Assembly (NCBI GenBank): GCA_977017575.1
Contig: CDRNVI010000149.1
Location: 124,001-188,000 of the forward strand
Length of the DNA: 64,000 nucleotides
Direction: 5' to 3'
Source: Paramoeba atlantica
Taxonomy: Eukaryota; Protista; Discosea
The notes under the pieces were generated by a model. The model saw only the letters and a list, made by a program, of their open reading frames with translations. It was not told the DNA's origin and did no database searches. Position 1 is the stretch's first letter; every line of letters starts with the position of its first letter. Shown piece by piece: positions 36,338-49,854 of this stretch. Position numbers and translations under genes: made by a program.

Positions 36338-37178
36338 TTTCTCCACTGTTTTTTTTCTTTTTTTTTTTCTTTTTTTTCTTTTTTTTCTTTTTTTTCTTTT
36401 TTTTTCTTTTTTTTCTTTTCTTTTTTTGTTTCTTTTTTTTTGTTTTTCTTTTCTTTTTTCTTTCTTTTTTTTTTCTTTTCTTTTTTTCTTTTCTTTTTTT
36501 CTTTTCTTTTTTTCTTTTCTTTTTTTCTTTTTTTTTTCTTTTTTTCTTTTTTTTTCTCTCTTTTTCTTTTCTTTCTTTTCTTTTCTTTCTTTTTTTTTGT
36601 GTTTTCCTTTTCCTTTTTTTTTCTTTTTTTTTCTTTTTTTCCTTTTTTTTTTCTTATTATTTTTTCTTTTCTTTTGTTTTCTTTTGTTTTTGTTTTTTTT
36701 GTTTTTTTTTGTTTTTTTTTGTTTTTTTTTTGTGTTTTTTTTGGTTTTTTTGTTTTTTTTTGTTTTTTTGTTTTTTTTGGTTTGATAAAGCAAAGGATTG
36801 ATAAATTGTTCTTCTCTCAAAGGACTGGACTTGGAGAGAAGAGGAGGAAGGGGAAAAAGTTCGAAAACCTTAACTGCTCGCTGTCCGTCCACAAGAGAAG
36901 AGGAGGAGAGAGAGAGAGAGAGAAATGTGTGGTGTGTGTGTGGCATGTTTGATCTTCACCCCCACCCCCACCTCCTCCCAAAAAAAAACAAAAAAAAAGG
37001 TGTATCTTTGTATCAAGGTTAATTTTTTTGGTTTTTTTTCTCCCTCCCTTTCTTGTTTTTTTTTTTGGTGATTTTTCTCTCCTCCATGGGAGGGAGGAGC
37101 TTCTCTTTCTCTTCTCTTTTTCTCTCTCTTTTGAACTAATCAGAGAATTATAAAAGGAGAAAAAAAAGAAGAGAAAAT

Positions 37179-37279
37179 GTCTTCGGTCATATCCCATCAG
37201 AACTCGGAAGTTAAGCAGCTGTGGGCTCGGTTAGTAGAATGGTTGGGTGACCACATTTGAATCCCGAGTGCTGAAGACC
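37179..37279 (+). pseudogene. 5S rRNA variant with a 19-nt internal deletion
   Basis: GTCTTCGGTCATA|TCCCATCAG lacks CCCAGTTGAAAGCACCCGA; also a 1-nt insertion and a CpG>TpG change; T-run follows. Confidence 0.92.
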
Positions 37280-37499
37280 TTCTCTTTTTTTCTTTCTTTT
37301 TTTTCTTGTTTTTTTCTTTTCTTTTTTCTTTCTTTTTTTTTCCTTTCTGTTTTCTTTCTTTTTTTTCATTTTTTTTGTTCAAAAGATTCGAAAAATTGCA
37401 AACGAAAAAGAGAGAAGTTGCCACACAAATCAAAGTTGGATAAGGAAGGCAAAGGAGAAGAGACCAAACAACACAAAAGAGGATTATTTCGTGATAGTT

Positions 37500-37550
37500 T
37501 TCATACTCTCTGGGTCTGATTTTTCGAATTAGTACCCCAGAGAGAATGAA
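37500..37550. other. Palindromic hairpin element, copy 4
   Basis: TTCATACTCTCTGGG / CCCAGAGAGAATGAA, 15 bp with one mismatch. Confidence 0.85.
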
Positions 37551-38055
37551 GAATCCACAAAAAAAAAGAAAAGAAGATCCCATCAGTCAGCCAGGGGGAT
37601 AGGGGGTGTTGTGTGTTGTTTTGGTGTTAAAAAGAAATATCCATATTTTTTTTTGAAACAAAATATCTTTGGTGCTCTTGGATTCTCAAAAAAATTGTTC
37701 ATCATCGGTTTTTTTTTCTTTTTTTCTTTCTTTTTTTCTTTCTTTTTTTCTTTCTTTTTTTCTTTCTTGTTGTTCTTCTTTTTTCAGGGTTTTTTGGGTC
37801 CAACATATTGGTCTGTGGTTTTTTTTTTAATATTGTCGTCTCAATAAAACACCACCTCCCTTCCAAGATCTTTTTCTTATGATGTGTGTGGGTCCTTCTT
37901 AACTGATTGTGTTGGGAAGAAGAAGAAAAAAAAAGTATCTTTCACCCCCCCCCCAACCACACACTGGGTAAAGAAAAGTAGTGTGTTGTGTGTCTCAAAA
38001 AGAAAGAAGATTTTTGTTAAAGTTTCAATTTATATTTTTTTTATACAAGCTTTTT

Positions 38056-38871
<816 letters not shown>

Positions 38872-40999
38872 TCAGCGAAAACCTGAATTGAAGCCCTTGA
38901 CTAAAAATAGCGCGTTATTTTTTAGCGCTCTACTTTTTTTTTCGTTTGTTTCTGTTTTTTTTTTTGCGTTTTGTTGTTTTTTTGTGGTGGGCGAGAGGAG
39001 AAGAGAGCGCTCTCTTCTTTCTGTTTGTTTTTGTTTGTTTTTGTTTTGTTTTGTGTGTTATTTGTTTTGTTTGTTTTGCCAATCTCACCAACCACCATCA
39101 CGCAGTTTTGTGGTGGTGTGTGTTTTGTGTTTTTTTGTGTTGTGTGAGGGTTTGTTCTTCTCCTCACACCCCCTCCGCCCCCTTCTCTCTCTCTCACCTC
39201 ATCTTTTAACACACAGAGGAGAGAGGAGAAGGGAAAAAGAACCTCTCTCTCTCTTTGATGAAGGGAAATGAAAAGCAAAGAATGCGAAAAGAGGTGGTTT
39301 GTGTCTCTCTCTTCCTCTCCTTTTTCTCTCAAACACACTTCTCTTCTCTCGCACTCCTGACCATTTTTTCCCCCTTTCTCTCTCTCTTTCCCCTCTCTCT
39401 CTCTTTCCCCTCTTTCTTTTCTCTCTTCCCTTTCCTTCACACAGTTTTCAAGGGAACAAAACATAAAAGTGGGGGAAAAAGGGTGGTGTTTTGTTTCACC
39501 CATATAAAAGACAAATATTAGGGAACACGACAATCGAAAGTGGAGGGATAGTGGGTGAAAGGGGGAGAGAAAATCACCAGAGAGACATCCAATAGAGAGA
39601 GTGATGTTTGTGGTGGATGATCTCTCTTCTCTTTTTGGCCCTCTTGAGACGACGATCTTGTGTGTGTGTGTTCTGAGGAGAGGCCTTTCTTCGAGCGTGT
39701 TTTGGCGATGATGGTGTAGTGTTTGGTGGATACTTCTCTTTTGAAAATGTTGGTTATTCATGAAGAACTTTACCGCTGATATATGTTTCTGCTCTCTCTC
39801 TCTCTCCTTTCCCAAAAAATCCATGTTTGGTGTTGTTGGTGTGTGATTAGACCCTCTCTCCTCCCTCCTCTCTCTCTCTCCCCACTCTCGCTGCTGCGCC
39901 TTATTCCTCTGTTTCTTATCATTTTTTTGAGGAGTAAAAGCTCTTTCTTCTTAGCTTTCTTCTTTTGGAGGGTTCCTTTTGGATTGGTGACAGTGATATT
40001 GGATCGGATCTCTCTCCTCTTCTTTAAGTGGTATGTCCTATCATAATGAAATCAAATGTCTTCTTTCTCGAAAAAAATGTGACTTTCTTGACAAAGGTAT
40101 ACCACGTATCGGACCCTGTATGTATCGTTATACTACACACACAACACACAACACACAAGAAGATTTTTTGCCAACACGCTGAGAAGGTTACTTTTTTGCA
40201 TGGATTATTTTTTCTGTCTGTGTTTGGTGTGTTTTATTGTTTACTTTTTTTGTATTTGTATCTTTGTGTTTTAAAAATGGGGTGTGTTAATGTTGTTTTT
40301 GTGTTTTTGTTTTGTTTTGTTTTTTGAGAAGAGGAAGGGAAGGAAGGAAGGAAGGAAGGAAGGGTGTGTGAAAAATTTATTAATTTGTACAAAAAACAGT
40401 TTGTTGTCTCTCAAAGCCAAATTCTCAAATTGAAAAAAAGACAGGAATCCCCAGATTCCACTCCAAAAGTTCATCAAGAAGAAAACAGACAAAAAGAATG
40501 AAAAGAATTTAGATCACCAAGATTGGTGTATTAATTGAAAGAAGTGTCCCGTCCATTTTGAGGGGAATACGAAATCGTTGTAAATGATTGATGTCCATTT
40601 TAAAAGAAGGTTTTGTGTTCTTGTTAATTTGTTCTTGTTGAACTTGTTTTTTTATTATTTGTTTTATTTTTTGCTTTTGGTATTTTTGGTATTTGTTTTT
40701 GTTCTTTTCTTTTTTGTGGTGATTGGTTTGGTTTGGTTTGGTTGGTTTGTCTGTTATTATTGGAAAGAGTGTTTTTGTTTTTGTATTAGTTATTAGTATT
40801 TAATTAATTAAAATTCTCTGATACTAAAATCTGATTCTTCCCCCTCCCCCTTCTCTTAACTAGTGTGAGGACATCTTTTTTGTTTCCTTTGTTACAAAGA
40901 CCTCCTTCCAATCACAAGCCTTTTTGAAAATATGAGTGGCACAGGTTTCCCTTTATTTTGTGTTTTGTTGTTTCAGTGTTTTGTGTTTGGTTTGTTAGT

Positions 41000-42100
41000 T
41001 ATTTTGATTGTGTGGATTTGTTTATCTTTTTTAGTATGATGTGATTATTCTGTTGTGTTGGTTTGTTGTTGGTTTATTGTTGGTTTGTTGGTTTGTTGGT
41101 TTGTTTGTCGTTTTGTTTGTTGTTGTTGTGTCATTCAGTGTTACTTTTGTTTTGTTTGTTGTGATTGTGATTGTTGTGATTTGTGATTGTTGTGATTGTA
41201 GTTAAGTTATAGTTATTGTTGCTGTTGTTTATGATTGTTTATTGTTTTTCTTGTTGTTTGTTGTTTATTGTTTGTTGTTGTTTGTTGTTTATTGTTTGTT
41301 GTTGTTTGTTGTTGTTTGTTGTTATTATGATTATTGGTTTGTGATTGTGATTGCAATTGTTATGATTGTTGTTACTATTTTTTATAATCAATTATTGTTA
41401 TTATTGTATTGTTATGATTGTTGTTGTTATTTGATTGTTATTGCTTTTATTATTATTGTTAATTGTTAAATTGTTAATAATAGAATGGGGACATCTTTGT
41501 TTCTTTGTTATAAGACTCCCTCCACAGGCCTTTTTTTCTATTACTCCGTTCCCAACAATCCCGACTATTGTGCCACCGCCAGGTTTTTCTCTTTTTTCCT
41601 TCTTTTATTTTGTGCTTGTTTTTGTTTTTGTTAATGGTATTGCTGTTGTGGTGGTGATGATATTTTGATTGTGTTGTTATTTGTTGTTATTTGTTATTTG
41701 TTATTGGTATTCTTGTTGTTCTTGTTCTTGTTGTTGTTATTGTTGTTATTATTGTTGTTATTCTTGTTGTTATTCTTGTTGTTATTATTGTTTTATTGTT
41801 ATTTGTGATTGTTATTATTTGTTATTTGTATTGTTATTTGTTATTTGTATTGTTATTTGTTATTTGTTATTGTTGTTCTTGTTGTTCTTGTTCTTGTTAT
41901 TATTATGGTTGTTATGGTTGTTATTGTTGTTATTTGTTGTTATTTGTTGTTATTATTGTTGTTATTTGTTGTTATTGTTGTTATTATTGTTATTTGTTAT
42001 TGATATTTGTTGTTGATATTTGTTATTGTAATTGTTATTGTTGATTTTGTTTTTTTGTGTTGTGGTTATGTTGTGTTCGTACACAAAAAAAGAGAGAGAG
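41000..42100. repeat. Degenerate (TTG/TTA)n microsatellite field
   Basis: gttgttatt-type runs. Confidence 0.85.
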
Positions 42101-43322
42101 TGTGTGGAATCATTAAGACAAAGATGTGGTTGGGGATTTCTGGAGGGAGTCAGCCACATATAATGGTTGGTTGGTTCTTTTTGTTCTTTTGTAATATTTA
42201 TATTTCCGTTTTGTTGTAATATTAGTTGGTTAATTTGTCTTCTGTTTTTTGTTTGGAGGGGGTGTGTGTATTTAATTAGTGCTGTTTAAGTTAAATATTA
42301 TTATTGTTAATTGTTTTTGGTCACTTTGTTGGTAGTTGGTACATCAGTGTTTTTGTGTATTGGTTGTGTGTGTAAGTTGGTTGTGTGTTGTCTTGTGTAC
42401 ACACATTTTTCAAGGTTTATTGTTTGTTTGAACCAAACAATCAAAAATGACAATAAGGTTTTCTTTTTTTTTTTGTCTTTCTTTTGTTTCGTCCTTTTTG
42501 TTCTTTTTTTTTTTGTTCTTTTTGTTCTTTTTTTTTTTCTTTCTCCCTTTTTGTTCTTTTTCTTTTTTTTTTACTCTGTTCTATAATTTTTTTGATGTTG
42601 GTGTTGGTCTTGTGTGGAATGTGCTTTTTCTAGAAGAGGGTTTTAATTGATGTGCAGGTTTTTCTTTTGATTTTTCTTTTGATTTTTCTTTTGATTTTTT
42701 TTTTGATTTTTTTTTGATTTTTTGGTTTCTCTTTTTTTTTAAGATCCAAAAAGTTTCCACAGACACACTATGGTTTTTCTCTTTCTGTTTTTTGTTAATA
42801 TAAGTGAGGTTTGCTTTGTGGGGACGGTTTGGGTTTTCCTTTTCGATAAAATGGTGAATGTAGGTGTTTTTGTGGGAATTGTGTACCTTTTTTCTGTGGT
42901 GGCGCACCTTGTTTTTTTTTTTTGGAGGGGGGGGGGTCTTTAATTGGGAGGGGGTTTGTTCAAGTTTTTAGAAAGGAATAACACACTGTTTTGTTGAGAT
43001 TTAATAAGACTAAAAAGGTTATAATATTTGTTCACATAAACAAATGTTGCAGCCTCTTTGGGAATTTTCCAGAATGGACATGAAGATTGGGTTTTGACTC
43101 GCACACCACCTCCATAAATACTTTGTGATGGGTAAATTAGCCACAGTAGCACCAATTTTGTTGGGGGGGGGGTGGGGGACATATTGCCAAAATACATAAT
43201 TTCCACAATTATTTTTCATTTGGTTGGTGACTTGAAGGAAGGGGGGGGGAGGTTTTCGTGGTGGTGTCGTATCTCCCTCAATCCTTTTTAAACCCATTTT
43301 TTTTTTCGATTTTTATCAAATT

Positions 43323-43395
43323 GCCTCCGTAGCTCAGTCGGTAGAGCGCTAGACTCTTAATCTAGTGGCCGCGGGTTCGAGCCCCGCCGGGGGCT
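43323..43395 (+). tRNA. tRNA-Lys(CTT)
   Basis: GCCTCCG TA GCTC..GAGC G CTAGA CT-CTT-AA TCTAG..GCGGG TTCGAGC CCCGC CGGGGGC; T-run follows. Confidence 0.97.
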
Positions 43396-44039
43396 GTTTT
43401 TTTTTTTTTCTTTTTTTCTTTTTTTCTTTTTCCTTCTTTCTTTTCTTTTTTCTTTTCTTTTTCCTTCTTTCTTTACTTTTTTTCTTTCAAAGGTGGTTTT
43501 TTCTCTTCTTTTCCTCTCTCTTTTTCTCTTCTCTTTTTTTTATTTTTTTTTCATGAACTTGGTCTGAACTGAACTGCTTCTTTGTTGCTCAAAGGTTTTT
43601 CTCTCTTTCTTTCTCTTTTCTTTTTTTCCTTTTTTTTCTTTTTTTTTTTTCTTTTTTTCTTTTTTTTTCTTTTTTTTTTCTTTTTCTTTTTTCTTTTTTC
43701 TTTTTTCTTTTTTCTTTTTCTTTTTCTTTTCTATTTCTTTTTTTTTGAGCTTGGTCTCGCTCTTTTTTTCTCTTTTTTCCCCTTTTTTTCCTTTTTTTTT
43801 CTTTTTTTCCTTTCCTTTTTTCTTTCTTTTTTTCTCTTTTTCTTTTCTTTTTCTTTTTCTTTTTCTTTTTTTCTTTTTTCTTCCTTTCCTTTTTCTTTTT
43901 CTTTTTCTTTTTTTTTTTAGAGCGAGCGTGCGAAAAGATTGCGCACCAGCCTTTTTGAAGGTGCGAAAAGAAGAGGTCTTTTTTGACCCTTGATTTACCT
44001 CTTCTTTTTGGATTTGTGTTTGGGATTGGTCAAAATCAG

Positions 44040-46450
44040 TGAAAGTCCACTCGCAATTGGGTCCAGGTGTGGGGACGTAATAAAGTCACCAGAGCAATGG
44101 TTGTCACTTGGTTCATTTTTCTGTTTCCATTCTTTTGGAATTTTTTCGAAAAAAAATGGTCTCTGTTGAAGAAAGCGATGTTTCTCTGCAACAAAAAGCA
44201 TTATCAATTCGTTTTTCAGTTTTGTGAGTTTTGTCGCACTTCTGATAATCTTGCTCAAAAAGCATGAAGGTTTCTTCGTCAACATCCCTGGGAAGTTTGC
44301 ACCTACCTCACGCTCACGGATTGAGTCGAGTATTAATCGTAAGATTCGTGGTCGAGGTCTGGAACTCTGGCAGAAGAGGTGTGACTGGCGAACTCTTCGG
44401 GTGTGTTTTGGCCCACATTGTTCTGGATGAGAGGATTAATTTTCCGCTTGATAATCCAACATTTATTGAAGGTTCGTATCTGGAGTCAATTCCTCGATCT
44501 CCTTTGCGAAAAGGTTTCCTACGTGTGGTGCCATCAAATGGCAAGATGCTCCGGCGGAATCCTTTTGGGTCTTGCTGGCCCAAACCCAGAAAGACAGAAT
44601 TTTCCTTGGCCTCAACGAACATGTGAACCATGATGGAAAGTCAGTTGCTGAGGAGATAACAACAATGCTCCAAGAGATGCAAAATCTCGCAAAGGAATTT
44701 CCAGAGACACAGGAATTTGTCCAATCTCTGTCTCTTTCTTCATTCTGTGGTGTCATGGGGGACCACACCAATGTAAATCGGAGTGTGGTGGCAGGAATTA
44801 GGAATTATCGAAAGAGATTGAAAGTCCCCTTGTGTGCAGCTGGGTTGTTTTGCCCACAAATGTGATTTGGTTGAAGAATCTTTTTTGAAGGCTTTGCGGA
44901 AAAAATCAAAAGAATGACTCTCTGCCCTCTTCCTCTTCTTCCTCTTCTTGTTCCTCTTCTTCCTCTTCTTGTTCCTCTTGTGTTCCTCTTTCTCACCCCC
45001 TTCAACCAGTGCTCTCAGTGCTTCAAGTTTCCCCTGCTTTGGTTACCACCACAAGAGCCCTGTATCCTCACTTCAGATGAAGAAGGTGATGAGTCCTGGG
45101 AGGATGATATTGAGCATATTTGTGTGGAGAAAGGACCTGAGCTTGGCTTCCCTCCAAAGACTGATGAACCTGAATATGGAATGAAGGCTCCTGGAAAAGA
45201 CGATGACTTGAATACACACTCTGCAACTCAGTTTCTCTATCGAATCACAAAGGCATTATCGTTGACCTCAAAGGCAGGAAATCGCTATGGTCACTCTGAA
45301 ACCTTTTCCCAGTGGTGCATAGTGAAAGGGTTTCAGTGTCATTTAACCCCCCCCCCTTCATTCAAATCGATTCTTGGTGTATTCTTATAACGCATATGCC
45401 ATCTACAATGATCTGCATGTGTATTGGAATTTTCTTCAAGAATGTTTGGAGGACACTTGGACTCGCCAATTTCTCCTTGCCTCACTCTCATCTCCATTGA
45501 TGTGCCACGAACTCTGATTGTTGGGGTTGTTTCATTATTTCTTTGGTTTTTTTTTTCATTTTTATTTTCATTTTCATTTTCATTTTTAATTTCATTTTTA
45601 TTTTTATTTTTATTTTTATTTTTATTTTTCTTTTTCTTTTTCTTTTTCTTTTTCTTTTTCTTTTTATTAATTTTTCTTTGAAATTCTTCACAGGCCCTCC
45701 TCTGACCTTTACCCTTTCGGTTCTTACAATTGAAGAGAGTGCTGCTCTTTGGAAAGAAGTTGAACGACATTTCATTGTTTTTACCCCCGCCTCACTCACC
45801 CATCCGCAACCTTCAACAACTTATCTTTTTCACAAATTGTGGGATTATGTTGGTTTTTTATTTGAGAAAAAAATCCTCCCATTCAGGTCACAAGTGATGG
45901 TTGAAAAAGAGAAAGTTTGGGAACGCTTGGAAGGGGGAATTTTGCTGAACTGGAGCCCATACAGAGATAACAAGGTCTTTCATTTGTGTTTGATCTCAGC
46001 ACTGAAGGAAGTTCAAAAGGTAAGATTTCCTTTTTTTTTTCTCTTTTCTTCTTTCTTTTCTTTTACTAATTTTTAATTTTTTTGTTTCAAATTGGCAAAG
46101 GGTACTTGGGGAATGGATCTCTTTCAAGTGTCCCTTCTTCTCTCTCTTCCCTCCCAGCTGATAATCTGGAACTGGAACTGGAACGTGTGTTTGCAAAAGT
46201 CAAGAAGGAGAAGGATACCCATGCGAATCACTTGAACACTTCGTCGTTAAAAGGACACATTATGTGGAAAGAAAACTTGATCGATTGAACACCTTCATTG
46301 AGTTTGTCAGAAAATTCGCTTCAGCGAAAAGGGTTGTCAATTCATCACGCTGGAAAAAGGTCTGAACTCTTGAATAGATTGTTGGGACTCCTTTGATAAA
46401 TGTTTTTGACTCTCTTGGTTGTTCTCCCACAATAAAATTCATTTCTTTTG
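44040..46450 (+). mobile_element. Decayed, intron-containing DDE transposase of the C(2)H clade (hAT/P/MULE/Kolobok-like; family unassigned)
   Basis: IFLGLNEHVNHDGKSVAEEI, FCGVMGDHTNVN (D at 44761), GCFAHK (44843-44860, +1 shift), SNRFLVY..., LLGLFHYFF|GP, LPADNLELERVF (E at 46181); T-rich introns; stops and frameshifts. Confidence 0.7.
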
Positions 46451-47322
46451 ACTCATTCTCTTTCCTTCTCCCAAAACTCCACACAAAACCAGCGCCCTTC
46501 CAAAAAAAGTGGTGCGCAAAGTCAAAAAGACCCTTACTACTGGCCCAGGCTACCTCTTTTTTCTTTTTTCTTCTTTTCTTCTTTTTTCTTCTTTTTTCTT
46601 CTTTTTCTTTTCTTTTTCTTTTCTTTTTTTCTTTCTTTTTTTCTTTCTTTTTTTTAAAACCTGATTATATTGAACTACCTTCTTGTCGATTGACTCTTTC
46701 AAAAGTTTTTCTCTTTTCTTTTTCTCTTTTCTTTCTCTTTTCTTTCTTTCTTTCTTTTTCTTTTTCTTTCTTTCTTTCTCTTCTTTCCTTTTTCTTTTTT
46801 TTCTTTTCTTTTTCTTTTTTTTTTTCTTTTTTTTTTTCTTTTTTCTTTTTCTTTTTTCTTTTTTTTAAACCGGTGTGTGTGTCAAACTACTTCTCATCAA
46901 TCTTTCTCTCTTTTCTATTTCTCTTTTCTTTTTAAAACTTAGTTTGGGTCTTTATCAATTTGCTCTTTCAGAAGTTTTTCTTTCTTCTTTTTTTTCTTTT
47001 CTTTTTCTTTTTCTTTTTCTTTTTCTTTTTTTCTTTTTTCTTTCTTTTCGTTTCTTCCTTTTTTCTTTTCTTTTCTTCTTTTTTTCTTTTCGTTCTTTTT
47101 CGTTCTTTTTCGTTCTTTTTCGTTCTTTTTCATTCTTTTTTCTTCTTTTTCCACCACAGCCGATTTTTGAGAAAACGCGAATTTTAAAAATAAAGTTCGG
47201 GCCCATTTTTTTGGTAGCAATCCGGTGTTTAAAGGTGTCATAAGCAACTTTTTGATGGTTGTTAAGGTGGTAATTTTTTTTTTTTTTTCAGATATTGGAT
47301 TCACAAACCCAGCACCCATAAT

Positions 47323-48358
47323 TCAAAATCCATTTTCATTTTTCAAAGACATATGATAATATGTCGCTGCTCGAATACCAGCAACAGAGCCAGGACTGTG
47401 TTTCCAAATGTAACCCAACTCGGTAAGTCCAAAACTAGGTGTATTTTCCCATCCAAATCCTAAATAAAAGAGAAGAGAAAGCCCAATGTCTTTTTTGTCA
47501 CAATGAAGAACTGTCCCATGAGCAATTGAGAGCCAGAATTCTTCAATCAAGCGGAAAATCTTTGTTGAAAGAGTCATTTGCTGTCCGGTTGCATCAAACT
47601 TTTTGTGAATGTCTTCAATGCATTCTCTCTGTTTATCAAATATTGGTGGGGGTGGGGAAGATGAAGATGTCTCTTTGATTGTTGAAGAAACCCATTTTTC
47701 GAAACGTAACTCAAAGATCGCATATCCTCCGAAAAAGAGATTCCACAAATGGAACAATCATATCATTTGTTTGGCCTGCTTGAACATATTCCCGAATCGG
47801 ATTTGCTTGCTTTGCATGAATTCCCATCGTTAACAAACACCATCCTCGACAATTTCTCTTTGTTTGATTAAATATAAAACATTGGAGGATTGAGAGCTCA
47901 TATACCTCCTCAGGAGATCCAACCGATTCCAACCAAAACATATCCTTCAAACCACTCTCCGATTTAAAATAAACATTTCCGGTCAATTCCTTCAATAAAT
48001 TCTCATCTTTCAAAAGGTCTTGTTGGGTATTACAACCACCTGGATTCGCCAATTTTTGATAAAAATCTTCAGTGGCACCAGGAAAATGGGCCTTCCAGCT
48101 CGAATCTGAGAGGCGATCTAATGGGATCCTGTTCACATCATCAAAGAGAATTGTTGTTGTTTGAGAATTTTGTTTTGGAACTTCAAAAGATTTAAAAAGA
48201 ACTGGAACTGGCTCTGCTGGTTTGATTTCAAAATAAGTTCTCATCAACGACAGTGCTTTTTCCCTGGTTTCCTTGTCAGAATAATGTGGTCGTCCTGGTT
48301 TTGAATAATCCATCGGTTTTGAGAGTCCATGTGAACCACTTGCTTTCTTTCGACTCAT
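47323..48358 (-). CDS. Unknown ~345-aa protein split by one frameshift (~47740)
   Basis: Two overlapping complex ORFs (47711-48358 and 47323-47757) with normal composition; no motif recognised. Confidence 0.55.
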
Positions 48359-49159
48359 TCTTCCAACAATTTCAGAAACCTGGATATTGTGTGTGGAGTG
48401 GATTCAAAAAAAGATATTTATAAAAAATGAGAATAATAATAATAAAAAAAAGAGGAAGGAAAAAAAAGAGGAAGGAGAAAAAAGGAGAAAAAAAAAGAGA
48501 AAAAAAAGGAAGAAAAAAAAGGGAGAAAAAAGGGAGAAAAAAGAAAGAAAAAAAAAGAAAGAAAAAAAGAAAAGAAAAAAAAAGGGAGAAAAAAGAAAGA
48601 AAAAAAAAGAAAGAAAAAAAGAAAAGCGAGATGATCGAACGGAAACACAACCTTCTTTTCAAGCACTTCCCAAGACACTAAGCTCTTATTTGTTTTTACA
48701 AGTTCTCTTACAGTCCAAAAACGAAAACGATCAAATAATAAAGGTGAAGGAGGAGAGTAGAAACTATCCTCATATGATGGCTCTGAAAGACGAACAGGAG
48801 GTAACAATAATGTCGAGAGAGGAAAAGGGTTTTTTGGCGATAATGTCCATGAAGAAGAAGAGAAAGAATCATGGGTAATTGATTGACAGAGCAAAACATC
48901 CATTTCTAATCTCCTTCTTTTCTTTCTTTCTGATCGAATTTGTTTTTTTCTTTTGAGATTGAATTTGGTGAGCATTTTGAAAAAAAGAATCAAAAATTTG
49001 AAAGAAAGGAAAGAAAGTAGCAATTTTCGTATTGGATTCTTTTCAGATTACTTTTTTTCTTTTTTTTTATTAGAAAAATACAGCCAAAACGATTTTGTTC
49101 AAGCACTTTGTTTTTTTTTTGTTTTTTTTTTGCTTTTTGTTTTTTGTTTTTTGTTTTTT

Positions 49160-49854
49160 GTTTTTCTCAAATGTCTGAACAAACTGCTCACTCTGTTCAA
49201 ACCTGAACTCCTTCTCGAAAACTCCTTGAGGCAGATGAATCTTTCTTTAAAAGAGGAAACTCTGTTCCATATTGCTACATCTCTCTTGAACCCTCATCAC
49301 ATCAAAGCGTAAACAAACCAAAAACTACAAACCAAAAGAAAAACCAAAAAGAAAAGTGTCCTCCTTGTGCTCTTTCTCTTTTGGAGAGCAATATTGCAAG
49401 CAAGTTTTCATGTGATACAATTGTTGATTCTGTTGTTATTGAGCTTGATCGGATTGCCCATGATCTTTTTTCAAAAATTCCCTCGACTGCTTGTAGTATG
49501 CGAATCTATCGAACAAAGGTCAATGCAGTTCTGTTTGAACTCCTCATCATCCCTCATCTTTTGAGAAGTGGTGGCGACCTTTCTCCTCGCAAGAAGTCAG
49601 CGCCAGTTTTTCTGATCCAATTTTACGAAACAAAAACTTTTGAACAAATTTTTTCAGGACTTGCATCAAAGGGACTCTTCAACCCAATGACGAAAAAATT
49701 CAAAAATGGTCAAAAGATGTGGATTGTCGCTCATAAAAAGTATCCGGTTGTATGGAGATTTTCTGCAAATCTTGGAACTCTTGCAGTTCATTTTTTTGTT
49801 CAAGGATGGACAAAAGGAGGACTTCCAATCAATGATCTTTATATCTCAAATTAA
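49160..49854 (+). CDS. Unknown spliced gene (at least 2 exons) convergent with the Transib-like transposase
   Basis: Open complex frames ~49160-49310 and ~49381-49854 separated by a short GTAAAC...AG intron-like segment; start uncertain. Confidence 0.5.

Noticed and set aside
37576-37586. GATCCCATCAG 11-mer identical to part of 5S
   Set aside because: A single short match; chance cannot be excluded
39915-40020. Minus-strand peptide SNITVTNPKGTLQK resembling Hsp70 or ribosomal L9
   Set aside because: Too short, with no flanking homology
49381-49854. TGA-recoded genetic code suggested by a TGA-rich frame
   Set aside because: The TGAs are shadows of GTT-GAT/CTT-GAT in the open frame, and real genes such as cofilin use TGA as a stop
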